Assembly: GCA_028534125.1 (NCBI GenBank)
Contig: CM052816.1
Coordinates: forward strand, 44,704,001 to 44,768,000
Source of the DNA: Lama glama
Taxonomy: Eukaryota
Reading direction: 5' to 3'
DNA: 64,000 nucleotides
This document shows, piece after piece, positions 24,820 to 37,928 of this stretch (the stretch's first letter is position 1; the number at the start of each line of letters is the position of its first letter). A program made the translations under genes and the position numbers. The notes beneath the pieces were generated by a model. The model did no database searches. It saw nothing but the letters and a program-made list of their open reading frames with translations, and had not been told where the DNA came from.

Positions 24820-25950
24820 TTTTTTAAAAAATTTCAATACTTTTATCTTCGACTGTGTGTTGTAAGAAAAGTACAATGGAGCCTGTGCTAGGGGCACGGA
24901 GCCTTGATTCACTCTTGGTTCTACCTCCCTGAGATATCCCCTCCTTCCTGAGACAAGTCTTGGCCACTTCCTGCCCCGCCTCACCCAGTGCTGTTACTGT
25001 CCCCCACCCCCAGCATAAAGTCATATCAACATTTGTGTATAGGCTTTTATCTGAATGTCAGTTTTCCTTGCTCTATGGAAAATACCTAAGACTGATATTA
25101 CTGACTCATATGGTAAGTGTATGTTTCACTTCATTAGAAACTGCCTATCTGTTTTCCAGAGCAGTTGTACCATTTTGCATTCTCACCAGCAATGTATGAG
25201 AGTTGGTTGCTCTGCATTATCACCACACTTGATACTATCATTGTTTTTTTAAATTTTAGCTACTTTAGTAGGTGCGTACTGGCATTCCATTGTGATTTTA
25301 ATTTGAATTTTCCTATTACACGATAACGTGGAAGGTATTTTATGTACTTATTTTCCATACTTATATCCTCTTTGGTGAAGTGTTTGTTCAAGTTTTTGCC
25401 TGTTTTTAATTGGGTTGTTTGTTTTCTTATTGTTGAGTTCTAGGAATTCTTTATATTTTCTGGATATAAATTATTTGTCAGATGCATAACTTACAAATAT
25501 TTTCTCCCAGCCTGTAGCTTGTCTTTTCCTTCTCTTGACAGTTTGGCAAAGAAAAGTTTTTAATTTAGGTATAGTCCAATTTTTCAGTTGTTTTTCTCTT
25601 ATGGATTATGCTTTTGGAGCCATATCTAAAATCTCTTGGCCTGACCCCAGGTAATAAAGACTGACTTCTATGTTTTTTATTAAAAGCTTATAGATTTATA
25701 TCTTACATTTAAATCTATGATTCATTTTGTATTAATTTCTGTGTAAGGAATGTGTCTATATGTCTGCAAACGGATGACCAATTTTTCCAATAGTATCTAC
25801 TAACAAGACCAGTCTTTATGTTTAATTTCTTTACACCTTTGTCAATAATCAAATGGCCATATTCATGTAGGTCTATTTCTTTACTCTTTTATGTTCCATT
25901 GATTAATAGGTCTATCTCTTCACCAATACTACACCATCTTCATTACTGTT
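24820..25950 (-). mobile_element. Old LINE-1 (L1MC-like) 3' fragment
   Basis: gttgtaccattttgcattctcaccagcaatgtatgagagt, ttttaattgggttgtttgttttcttattgttgag and caaatattttctcccag are reverse L1 ORF2 C-terminus. Confidence 0.8.
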
Positions 25951-26199
25951 TATAATGCTTATTGAGCAATTTTTTTTTATTCAAATAGGTTTGTTTAGAA
26001 GCATTTTTCCCCCTGTGGGCAGTCGGTGTTGTGAGAGCCCTTAGAGAAAAGAAGATTTGATTTCATTGGGATGGGGACATAGTTTGAGATGACAATGCTT
26101 TTTAGCATGTATAGAGTATGCTTGGGGACCTGGCCTCCAAGATTGGGGCAAGCGGTACATGGAGAAGTGGGTGCGTACTAAAGACTAATACTGTTTACT

Positions 26200-26645
26200 T
26201 GAAAATGAACATTAGTCATTTTTTGTGTAGCCTTATGGACTTTTGCTCTCTTCATTTGTAGCCTAATCCTTATTAAATACTGAAGAACACAGATGGAGCT
26301 TTTTCTATACAATTTCCTTTATCTCAGAGCTATTTGCTGAAATTTCTAGTTGTCTCAGCTTCCCAGGACTCAAATTTCCAGCTTCTCAATTCAGCATGGC
26401 CACCAGATCCTGTCTGTGTTTTCTGGCCATGCCCGGAGTCTGAAAACTGCCACTGGGCAGAAATCCTAGGTCCTTTTAGGGCTCACCATCTTTGTTTTAT
26501 TTTTCTCAGGGATAATAGTCTTTTACTGTCATTTTCCAATGTCTGAATATAGTTGCTTCACATATTATTCCCATTTTCTAGTTGCTTACAGGGAAAGTTT
26601 AAGGCCAATACTTACTACTCCAATATGATTGAATGCAGAAGTCTA
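26200..26645 (-). mobile_element. Probable old LINE-1 5' region fragment
   Basis: agggctcaccatctttgttttatttttctcagggataatagtc...tgaatatagttgcttcacatatt resembles reverse L1M 5' UTR relics. Confidence 0.45.
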
Positions 26646-26699
26646 TTCTTTCATGTTTAACCCTTTAGAATAATGTTGGATTAGGTATGTGTGCATGCT

Positions 26700-28430
26700 C
26701 ATGTGGATAAGAAATAGAATTTCATGAACATTTACATATAGATATTTGTGTGAACGTATGTTTTCACCATATGATTGGTAGGATGTGATAAGGGTACAGG
26801 AATTTTCAATGATATACTTTTGTAAGGTGGTTGTACCATTTGTATTCTCACCACCAGTGGAAGCAGTTACCATTTGCTCCACATCCTTGTGCTTGCTATC
26901 ATTCCTTTTTATTTTTTATTTATTTTTCCATTTTATGAGGTGTGAGTTTAACTTGCATTTTGCTGATTAATGATGTTAAATATTTTTCACATGCTTATAT
27001 TCCATCTGTTTATTTTCTTTGGTGATATGTCTGTTCAAATTGTTTAAACATATTTTAACTGGAGTGGATTTTTCTTATTGAGTTTTGAGAGTTCTTCATA
27101 TATTCTGGATACAAATCCTACACCAGATGAAAATATTTGCAAATATTTTTCACATTGTCTATAACTCATCTTTTCATTGTTTTAATAGTTATTTTTTTAA
27201 AAGCTTATGTTTTTCATTTTGATAAAGTTTAACTTAGCAATTTTTTAATGGATCATGGGGGTTTTTTGTTTGTTTTATCTAAGAAATCTTTACCTTAGGC
27301 AAGATCACAAAGATTCTTTCCTATGTTTTCTTCTTGAAGTTTTCTAGTTGTATATATTATATTTACGTATATGATCCATTTTGAATTAATTTTTGGTATG
27401 TATAAATGTTCTTTTCAGGTTTTTTGTATGTAGAGGTCCAATTTTTCCAACATCATTTGTTGAAATCACAATCCTTTCTACATTGATTTGGCTTTACATC
27501 TTAGTCAAAAATCAATTAACTATACTTATGTAGATTTATTTCTGGATTCTATATTCTGTTTCATTGATCTACATGTCTATCATTTTATTACTACTGCACT
27601 GACTAGATTAGTACAACTTCATAGTAAGTCTTAAATTAGTATAAGTTCTACAACTCATTTTTGTTTTTGTTTTTACTTTACTAACTACTTTGTCTTTCTA
27701 AACAAATTTTAGAATCAACGTGGCATTGTCTACAAAATCTTACTTGGATTTTTTTGTAACTACTTTGAATCTACACATTATTTTGGAGAGAGGTGATACC
27801 TAAACAACATTGAGACTTCCAATCCATAAACACATATCTCTTCATTTATTTGTGTATTCCTTGATTTCTTTCATTTCTGTTTTGTAGTTTTCAGTAGAAA
27901 GGTCTTACACATATTTTATTAGGTTTACATATGAACATATAAGTTGGTGCAATTATAAATAGTGCATTTAATTTAAATTTCCAATTGTTTATTACTAGTA
28001 TATAGAAATAGAATTGATTTTTTTATCTTGACTTAGTAACCAGAAACTTTGTTAAATTCACTAAAAAGCTTTAATAATTTTTTGTAGGTTTTTAAAAAAT
28101 TTCTATGTAGGCAACATGTTGTCTGTGGATTAAAACAGTTTTATTGCTTCTTTCCAGCTTGTAGGTTTTTGTATAGGTTTAACCCTATTGCACTGGCTAG
28201 AATGTATCCTAGTATGTTGAATAGGGATGGTGAGAGCAATACCACTGTTTTACTGCCAATGTTAAGTGGAAAGACTTAATCTTTTACCAGTAAGCACAAT
28301 GTTATCTGAAAGTTTTTATGTAAATGTCTTTTATCAGGATAAAGACTCTCCCTTCAACTCTTAATTTGCTAAGAATTTTTAACCATGAATCAATGTTGAG
28401 TTTGGTCAAATGCTGTACTGCATCTGTTGA
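26700..28430 (-). mobile_element. Old LINE-1 ORF2 3' half
   Basis: Continuous reverse ORF2 (ttgtaccatttgtattctcacca, tctggattctatattctgtttcattgatct, gtcaaatgct...gcatct). Confidence 0.85.
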
Positions 28431-28433
28431 GAA

Positions 28434-28480
28434 CAGGGGTATGTTGGTAAATGTTTAAAAACTAAAATTCTGGGGGAAAG
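28434..28480. mobile_element. MER63-like hAT terminus
   Basis: caggggtatgttggtaaatgtttaaaaac resembles the MER63 terminal sequence. Confidence 0.4.
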
Positions 28481-28544
28481 TATGAAGAGTGCTACTGTGA
28501 ACATTCACATTCAAATATTTATTTACATATTTGTCTTCAATTCA

Positions 28545-29125
28545 CCCCAGTTTGCTTTTTGATTAGTGTTAGTATGGTATCACTTTTTAATACTTTTTAT
28601 TTGAACTATTTCTGTTTTTGTATGATTGTAGGCAGCATATAGTTGGGTGTTGCTTTTCCTAACTCATCTGAGTATTTTTTAATTTTAACTAAGGTACTTA
28701 TACTACTTATATTTAATGTATTATTTATAATTTTTTATTTTAAATCTACCAAATAGCTAATTGTACTCATATTATCACCTTTTCCTTGCACTCTCTTCTC
28801 CTCCTGTCCCATATCCTTTTAAAATTACTTTTGTATTTTTTATGACTCCATTTTTTTGGCTTATCAGCTATACTTCTTTTTTAGGAGTTCCATTATGATT
28901 AATGAAATACATCTTCAACTATCAAATTTGCCTTTAAGTAGTATTACACCACTTAGCATAGAGTATAAAAACTTCAAAGCATATGCTTCAATCATCTCCT
29001 ATTTGGCCTTTGCATTATTGTCATATATTTGTTTCTATCTATGTTATAAACCTCACAATGCATCATTATTAGTTTTGCTTTAAGCTATCAATTATCTTCT
29101 GAAGTGATTTTTAAAATAAGAAATC
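28545..29125 (-). mobile_element. Old LINE-1 fragment (ORF2 endonuclease start / inter-ORF)
   Basis: ttttgattagtgttagtatggtat...ttgtaggcagcatatagttgggtgttgctttt is reverse L1 EN N-terminus. Confidence 0.65.
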
Positions 29126-29129
29126 AATT

Positions 29130-31735
29130 TTTAAGGGCACATGGAATATTCTCCAGGATAAACCACATACTAGGTCACAAACCAAGTCTCAGTAAGTTTA
29201 AGAGGATAGAAATTATATCAAGCATATTTTCCTACCATCAAAGTATACAACCACAAAACAACTACAGAAAGAAAAATGGGAAAAGATCAAACATGTGGAG
29301 ATTAAACAACACACTACTAAAAAACCAAGGGGTTAAAAATGAAATGAAAGAAGAATCAGAAAATACCTTGAGACAAATAAAAATGAAAATACAACTTTCC
29401 AAAATCTATGGGATGCAGCAAGAGCAATTCTAAGTGGAAGTTCATAGCCATATAGGCCTTCTTCAAGAAACAAGAAAAATCTCAGATAAACAACCTAACC
29501 TACCACCTAAAAGAACTAGGAAAAAGAAAAGAACAAACAAAACACAAAGTCAGCAGAAGGAAAGGAATAACAAAGATCAGAGAGGAAATAAATAAAATAG
29601 AGAGCATAACAGACAATAAAAAAAGATTGATGAAATCAAGAGCTGGTTTTTTTGAAAAGATAAAGTTCATAAACCTTCAGCCAGGCTCACAAAGAAGAAC
29701 AAAAGAGAAGACTGAAATAAACAAAATAAGAAATAAAAGAGGGGAAATTACAACCAATACTACAGAAAAACAAAAAGTCGTAAGAGAATAGTATGGACAG
29801 GTATATGCCAACAAATTGGAAAACCTAGAAAACTGTAGACAAATCTTTAGAAACAAACTGCTTTAACAAGACTGAGTCAAAGGGGAAGAAAAACAATCTG
29901 AATAGACCAATCATTAGAAGTGAAACTGAATTTGCAATAAAAAATAACTCCCTGCAAACAAAAGTCCAGGACCAGATAGCATTGCTGGGGAATTCTACCA
30001 AACATATAAAGAAGAACTAATACCTATAATACTCAAACTATTCCAAAAAAAAAAAAATTGAAGAAGTTGAAACACTCCCAAATTCATTCTATGAGGCTAC
30101 CATTACTAGGATACCAAAACTAGACAAAGACACTACAAAAAAAAGAAAATTACATGTCAATCTCTTTGATGAATATAGATGCAAAAATCCTCAACAAAAT
30201 ATTAGCAAACCAAATCCAACAATACATTAAAAGCATTATACACCATGACCAAGTTGGTTTTATTCCAGTATCACAAGCATGATTCAACATACACAAATCA
30301 ATAAATGTGATACACCATATCAACAAAAGGAAAGACAAAAACCATATGATTATCTCAACAGATGCAGAAAAAGCATTTGACAAAATTCAACATCCATTCA
30401 TAATAAAAACTCCTATTAAAGTATACATAGGGGAACATGTCTCAATATTATAAGTCATTTACTATAAATCCACAGTCAATACAATAGTCAGTGGGGAAAA
30501 GCTTTAAGCCTTCCCACTAAGCTCAGGAACTCACAAGGATGCCCACCCTTGTGGGTTCTATTTAAAATAATATTAGAAGCTCTAGCCACAACAATCAGAC
30601 AAGGAAAAGAAATAAAATGTATCCAAGTAGGAAGTGAAGAGGCAAGACTGTCACTATTTACAGATGACATAATATTATATATATGAGAACCCTAAAGTCT
30701 CCATCCAAAAACTATTAGAAGTAACAAATGAATTCAGCAAGATTTCAGGCTAGAACATTAATATACAGAAACCTGTTGCATTTCTACACACAAATGAACT
30801 ATCAGAAAGACAAAGTAAAAAAATAATCCCACTTAAAAATCACATCAAAAAGAATAAAATACCTAAGAATAAGTTTAACCAATGAGTTAAAAATATTCTG
30901 AAAACTATAAAACACTGATGAAGGAAATTGAAAATAATTCAAAGACATGGAAAGATATCATTTGCTTTTGGATTGGAAGAATTAATATAGTTTAAATGGC
31001 TACAACACCCAAAGCGATCTACAGATTTAATGCAATGTCTATCAAAATACCCAGGACATTTTTCACAGAACTAAAATAAATAATTCTAAAATCTATATGA
31101 AACCACAAAAGAACCTGAACTGTGAAAGAAATCCTGAGATAAAAGAATAAAGCTAAATCTGGGGTATAACCCTCCCAGATGTCAGACCATACTACAAAGC
31201 TACAGTAAACAAAACAGTATGGTACTGGCACACAACAGACACACACATCAGTAGAGCAGGTTAGAGAGCCCAGAAATAAACCCAAGCACCTATAGTCAAA
31301 CTACAACAGAAGAGGCAAGAATATACAATGGAGAAAAGACAGTCTCTTCAAAAGTGATGGTGGGAAAACTAGACAGCCACAAGTAAAACAAGGAAATTAG
31401 AATACTATCTCATATCCTACACAAAAATAAACTCAAACTGGTTTAAAGACCTAAATATAAGACATGAAACTTTAAAACTCCTAGAAGAGAACATAAGCAG
31501 AATACTCTTTGACATAAATTGTAACAATATTTTCTTGGATCAGTCTCCCAAGGCAAAAGAGGTAAAAGCAAAAATAAACAAATGGGATCTAATTAAACTT
31601 AAAAGCTTTTGCATAGCAAAGGAAACCATCAACAATATAATGGAATATAATCTGCAAAATACTGAATCGTTATGCTGTATACCTGAAACAAAGACAATAT
31701 TGTAAAGCAACTATACTTCAATAAAAAAGAAAAAA
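29130..31735 (+). mobile_element. 5'-truncated LINE-1 with decayed ORF2 and an internal 3' deletion
   Basis: ORF 29104-29433 contains HGIFSRINHILGHK (EN domain); RT motif read as LFTDDII near 30655; many frameshifts; jumps to the terminal 3' UTR at ~31635; A tail. Confidence 0.95.
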
Positions 31736-31976
31736 TATTGTCATTAATTAACCATAATAAGTGATTAAAAGATTCTTAACTAAACCTCTCTCAGATTACA
31801 TTATGATGTGATACCTAAAAGATACATTTCCCTCAAATCAAAAAAAAAAGATTTTTGAGGGAAATGTTCTACAGGAGATGTTGAGCAGCAAAATATCAAG
31901 CTTTAAGTCTCATATACTGGCTGCTGTCAAAGGCACAGAGAAAAACATTGCTGAGATCACCTAACAAATCTTTAAT

Positions 31977-32180
31977 CAAGGGTTCCTCAACCTTGTCACT
32001 ATCAACATTTGGGGCTGGAAAATTGTTGTGGGGGCTGTCATGTGCATTGTAGGATACTTAGTAGCATTCCTGGCTTTTACCCACTAGATGCCAGTAGCAC
32101 TCATCTAATAGTAACACTCAAACATTGTCAAATGTCCCCTGGGTGTGAAGTGGAAATACACTCCCAACTAAGAACCAGAA
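31977..32180 (-). mobile_element. MER20 hAT-Charlie DNA transposon
   Basis: gggggctgtcatgtgcattgtaggat...tacccactagatgccagtagcac...tgtcaaatgtcccctggg is reverse MER20. Confidence 0.85.
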
Positions 32181-32289
32181 CTAACCATCTACTGTCCTCA
32201 ACTTCAGTTAAACCTGAAGCATAAATCCAAAGGTAAATAGTCTCATAATCTGAAAACTGAGGCTCTCAGAGTGCCAAAAGAGCTATGTA

Positions 32290-32358
32290 TTTATATAGAT
32301 AGAGATACAGATACAGATATACAGATTTTATATTGATCTTGATATAGATATAGATATT
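32290..32358. repeat. Degenerate (GATATA/GATACA)n low-complexity tract
   Basis: atatagatagagatacagatacagatatacaga...gatatagatatagatat. Confidence 0.7.
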
Positions 32359-34169
32359 TTAGAAAAGTCTATAGGATGTTCACCAAGAAGGAATTAAAAT
32401 GATGCGACCATCACTTAGATTTTCTCAGGATATTTCTATAAACTTGAATAGAAGTAGTAACACAAAACTTAGGCATTTAAACTCCATCAGCACAAACTTA
32501 TTTCATTTAACAATGCTCAGCTCTATACATTGTTCTGCTGCTTACCAGATATACCTTTGTTAATCTAAATTAGCCAGTGAATGCAAGCCTACTCCTTAAC
32601 TTGTGGGTCAGAGGAGGACACTAATGACATTTAAACTTTGATATCTGTCAAGTGCCCTCTGCTTTTATTTGAACTTCCACTCTGCTGAAACGATGGTATA
32701 CTTAAATTTGTAACGTTTTATGAGTTCATTTTCACTAAACCTCTTAATACCAAAGTGATTGCATATTATAATTTTTTAAATCAGGTTACATTTATAGCTG
32801 TGCTGTAGGTTGGAATCTTAAAGTTAATTATGCTGAATGGCAAATCATTATCATCCAAGACCAGAAAGGTACAAAAATAAACAAGAAATAGCACGTGGTA
32901 GGAAGGACAATGCTGCAGTATCTTGTGAAAATGTAATTTTCCCAACATTAGTAAAAGAACCACCCATTAAGAGCAAAGCTAGTATCTCAGCCCATCTAGG
33001 TGTTCAGATGGTTAATCATCTGTTAGCTTCTTAAGGTAAAATCCTATGCCAAGTGGTGTTATAGACAGAGTAACCAGACAGAGAGTCAAAAGTTGTCTCT
33101 GATGTTACGGCTGTGAAAAAGGCAAGTGTATATTTGCTAATATGAGTTAGGCATGGTTAGGTAGCTGTGAAAAATAAAATCCACATCCAAAATACTTCTT
33201 TCCCTAGCCTTTTGTGAGCTTTGGGGCATACTCTTGCTTTTAGTTCAAACTATAGTTTTCAATTATTTGGCTCCAAATGAATTTTTCTCTAACATACTTC
33301 ACATCTCTAAAAATACCACCTTTCCTAAGCTGAAAATTGTTAAAGAAACGTCATTTTCACACTTTGACACTATCTTATCACATTTATTTCATATGTTTGG
33401 CAGTTTGGGCTTTTCGCCATTCAGAATTTGGCTAGTGAATTCTTTCTTTTTCTCTCCCCCCCCCCTTTTTTTGAAACAGTAGTTATTTGGTTTTTTGTTT
33501 ATTTTCACTGCTTTTTTGTTGTTTCTACTGTTTTTGTTTATTAAAAGGCTTTATCATTTCCTCCAAACATGAGACTCTTAATTACAGGGATCAAAACCAA
33601 TAGGATAACTGATGCTTTCATTTAGAAAGGACTGTTAAAGAAATCATCCCTCATTACATTCAATATATTTTTCACAAAACAACATATGTTATAAACATGT
33701 TTCTAAACATTTAACAAATATTGTTTACTTTTATTTTATGTACACTTAACATCCACTTACAACTGAGATGGGTTTTGTGTATATATGTGAAATCTCTCCT
33801 GAGTCTCCAGCTCCCTGGACTGTGTTTTCAAAAGGCATTTCAATACTGCCTAGGATCTTGTGCCCACAAAAGCCAAAATTCAACCAAATGTCTCTTTGAT
33901 ATTCCCCCTCCAGGTTTCTGCCTCAGGACTCAATGAATTAATAATAACTTATATGTCATTTAAAACAATGGAAAGGTGTCTTAATCCAGAGGTTTTCAAC
34001 CGGAGCAGAATTTGCTAGAATTATCTGGGGAGATTTTTTTAAACTTCATGGATCTGTCTCCTTCTGCCTATCCAAAACCTGAAATATCTAATAGAACTGA
34101 TACCTGTAAAAAATAAAATAAAAAATAAGATTCTTCTTCAGAACTGTATATAAAAATGATTTTAATGTT

Positions 34170-34640
34170 GCAAGCAGCAGAAATCATCTCTGAAATATTT
34201 AACCAGAGAAGACATTTACTGATAGTATACTGAGTTGCTCAAAGACGTGCTAGGGAGTCTGATTAGCCGATTCAGAATTGGGCAAACCCAAAAAGCCAGG
34301 CGAGAGCCATGGCAGTAATCAAAGCCACACCCCAAATCCCAACCCAAGAGAGCCCTGCTGGTCACTGAGTACCAGATGCTGTCTCCTGTGACCGGCTCTG
34401 GGCACTGAACATGAGCACAGCCTTCTTCTTTTATTACACCTGGAACATGAGTGGTGATGGCCCTACGCCACCTACCATGAAAATGGCTTCTCATCCCTGC
34501 TCCTTGGTTTACTAGTTTCTAGTTCAGAAGCTGGGTGAGGAATCTAATTTGCTTAGATAAGCCAGAAGCGGTGCTGGGAAACTGAGTATCTGGCAGTTTC
34601 AGCTTCAACATTTAGAAGCTTAGAGGATATAGACACACTC
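34170..34640 (-). mobile_element. Probable ancient MaLR LTR
   Basis: GC-raised block ending gctgggaaactgagtatctggcagtttcagcttc, like reverse old MLT1 5' ends. Confidence 0.4.
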
Positions 34641-34994
34641 CAGATTCTGGACAAAAAAGTGTACATATCTGACTCAGTCTCAACTAATAAAAAACTACTT
34701 TGAAATCCTTCTCTTTATTGGTAAAATATGTACCTTTAAATATACATAATGGTTAAGTTTACTAGCAGGATTTTTGATCTAGAAATGAATAATCTAAAGC
34801 ACTGGTTCATAATTTATAAGCAGATCTAAGCTTCATTAAAACAAAGAACAGAAAACAAATCCAATAATACTGAATGAGAAAAATATATATCACTCCAGAA
34901 GAGTGAGCATTTTTATTCTGCATTTGTTTTACCAGTCCACCTATACTATAAATCTGAATTTGTCCTTTATTTCTTGGATAACAAAAATGGTGTT

Positions 34995-35510
34995 AGCCTG
35001 AGAATGAGGAGGCCTGAGTTTAGTCTTGGCTATGCTACTAATATACTGCACTCCCTTGTATAATTATTTATTTTCTCTGTGTCTCACTCTCCTATTCTAT
35101 AAAATAGGTACATTAACAGAGGGTCAAAATACTTTTCAGAGTTATTAAAAGAAACGAATACTAACCTTCTCAGGGCTGTTTCTCACACTAGACCCCCCGT
35201 ATCACAGTGGTCCTCCAGGATCACTCTATCTAAATTGGCCCCTCCTAGAAACTCACTCTCTTATCAAACTTGAGTTCTTTTATCACTCTTCAGCAACATC
35301 TTATTCATTTAATTGTTCATTGTTTATCTTTCTACCATGAGAATATGTCTCCAGAGGACAAAGGCAAGGTCTGTCTCACTAACTAATGCATCTCAGCCTC
35401 TAGAACAGAGTCCAGCACACAGCAGACACTTAACAAACACTCATAAACAGATGAAGGAGCTAAAAGATGCGAAAGCACTGGGAAAATTAAAATATCTATA
35501 GAAATTAACC
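34995..35510 (+). mobile_element. MIR SINE split by an L2 fragment
   Basis: cctgagtttagtcttggctatgctactaa...ctctgtgtctcactctcctattctataaaatagg; resumes near 35457 as gagctaaaagatgcgaaagcact. Confidence 0.55.
35165..35456 (+). mobile_element. L2 3' end
   Basis: attgtttatctttc...agaatatgtctccagagg...cagcctctagaacagagtccagcacacagcagacacttaacaaac. Confidence 0.7.
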
Positions 35511-36534
35511 TGTCTATAGGAATATTTATTTTTCAAGAGTTAAGACAAAAGTAATCTTTTTCATTTAAATCAGGTATCTCTGTTGTCAACTCTGCTGTCA
35601 ACAAAAATATAAACATTTTAGCAAATGCCAAAAATATTATTCCCCTTCTGATTAGGGGGAGCAGAGACATATTTTTCCATATACGTAAAGAATTGCACAC
35701 AAAAAGATTTTTTTGTGTCTCTCTCCAAATACTTTTCTTTTCCTATAAGAAGAAACTTTCTATGTTATGTGATCAAGTACCTGCAATGAGAACACAAGAC
35801 CAGAAGAGGACAAAAGACACTGGCATCTCTTTCCTTGGTATGATGGTTCACCTAATACACTCTCATTCGATCTCTTTTACAGTGATATACCACTGCCACT
35901 GGCCTTCTAAATGCTCCTTAATTTCTTCCTCCTGCTGTACTGCATGATTTTTAGCAGGATGAACAAAGAATTACTAGTCCATTTTGATCAGCAGTAAATC
36001 TCCCTTTTGCCCTTCTTGCTTCTTAACTGTACTTTTAGTCTTATTTTCTGAAAATGATTAATTTAAGTAGAAAGATACTATACTGAAGCATCCTTGGATT
36101 CTACTTCTTTCTAACTAACTACTGTGTGGGTGAAACTCAAATGCATTGAACTTGGTCAAATCTTTGACACTTTCCTTGTAAGATTAGATCAAATCAGGAG
36201 TATAGAGCCCATGAAACTGACAGATTCTATATTACCCTTCCTTATTAACTTGCATAAATTATTTTCCTCTTTGACCAGTTTCATTACTTGTAGTATAAAA
36301 TTAAGAAGTCTACAGTGCTCTGTGAAATTCAATCTAGAGTCTAATGTACGATGTGGCTTGGAAAATTCCTTAAAGACTAAAATAATCTATCTTTGAAGTA
36401 CAGATAAAACTAATTACAGTATTCCTTACAGATGCAAAAACAAAACTCAAGAATTATATTCTCATTTTATATATGAAAAAATAGGTATTGGTAAGAGATT
36501 AATTAACTAAGAGAACATTTGGTCAATTGAGGTT

Positions 36535-36730
36535 GAAAAAGCAGTGTAATATACTGAAGGCTAAAGTACCAATCAAAGAAATATTTCAAGTGTCATTTCT
36601 AATTTTGTCAAACAATTGCTTTATGACCTGAGAGCAATAACTTACAGATCTGGAGTCTTGTTTTCTTATCTGTAATTTGGGATGCTTTCTGGATTTAGAA
36701 GTACCATAGTCACTAGTAGATTCTCCATTC
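36535..36730 (+). mobile_element. MIR SINE
   Basis: gctttatgacctgagagcaataactta...gtcttgttttcttatctgtaatttggg matches the MIR core. Confidence 0.55.
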
Positions 36731-37822
36731 AAGATCTCTCTTTTCACACAATTATGGGCCAAGAACACGTGGAACCCACAGCAACTGATCTATCACATAG
36801 ATGCCTGTTCCAAAAGAAAAGGAAAGAACTAATTATTTGTAAGACATTCACAAAGTACAGATGTTGTCATGCACATGAGGGCATCCTAGCATTTCCTTGT
36901 GGTAAGGTACCCAACTGAAACTCAGCTACCTTAATAAGTCATAAAGATGGATGCAGAAATGTGCAGAATGAAAACAGCACTCTTCATATACTGATATTTA
37001 TATATGAGGAGAGAGGAGATCTTTTTTCTTTGATGTAATGATGAAGGAAAGGACAAAGCTAGTCATAGGCCAAATTTTGAGGAACATACATTTTTAATAC
37101 TTTTGACATTTTTACTTTTCTTCATTCACTAAATCCTCTAGTCTCAAGAAGATCATCCCTCTTATTTACCCCAAACGACACTCCAATCACAACTGTCTAT
37201 ATGGCAACTTCCATAGAAATCATTAATGTCCTAGTATACGACTTACAACAATTGTTCTAATGGATTAATTGACAAATACAAATAAAGAGCTGTCTAGTGG
37301 GGAGCGATACATCTCAAACCATCCTACAAGGGTGAATGATACTGTACTGGAGGGAAGGCATTAGGATGTATCTTTAAAAGTGATGAGGATTGTTTGTGGC
37401 CTTTTACCTGTGACCTGTGACATATGTGTTCTTGGATCACTCTTCTTAAGAAAATAGCCAGGCACTTTGAGTTCCTTTCTTGTGCACTTTCCTAAGAAAG
37501 GGTGCCTTTAATTTAGCTTAGCTTCTATTATAGTCTCATGAATATGCTTCACTTCAATCTATCTGCACAGTGATAATACACAGCTTCTTGTGGCTCTCAG
37601 GCCAAAGTTAGCTGGAAAGCTTCTTATGATGTTTGCTCCCACATTTTGAATTCTTTACTCTCAGCATTGGTTTTTAAGTAGAAAAATCTTTCCTTTGTTG
37701 TTTCAAAGATAGGGGCATGGTGATGTTAATTTCAGGGTAACAGAAATGTTAATAGACAGTAATACTAGTAGGCAAAGTAGTAGGAAAAAACATGGAAAAA
37801 AGACATAATGGCAAGAAAAGTA

Positions 37823-37928
37823 TGTACACCAGAAATTGACACAACATTGTAAATTGTACTTCATTGTAAACTATACCTCAAAAAAAAAAAAAAAGAAAGA
37901 AAGAAAAGAAGAGAAAAGAAAAGAGAGA
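37823..37928 (+). mobile_element. Extremely 5'-truncated young LINE-1 stub with A/GAAA tail
   Basis: tgtacaccagaaattgacacaacattgtaaa...ctatacctc + A tail; perfect 10-bp TSD aagaaaagta at 37813-37822 and 37929-37938. Confidence 0.85.
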
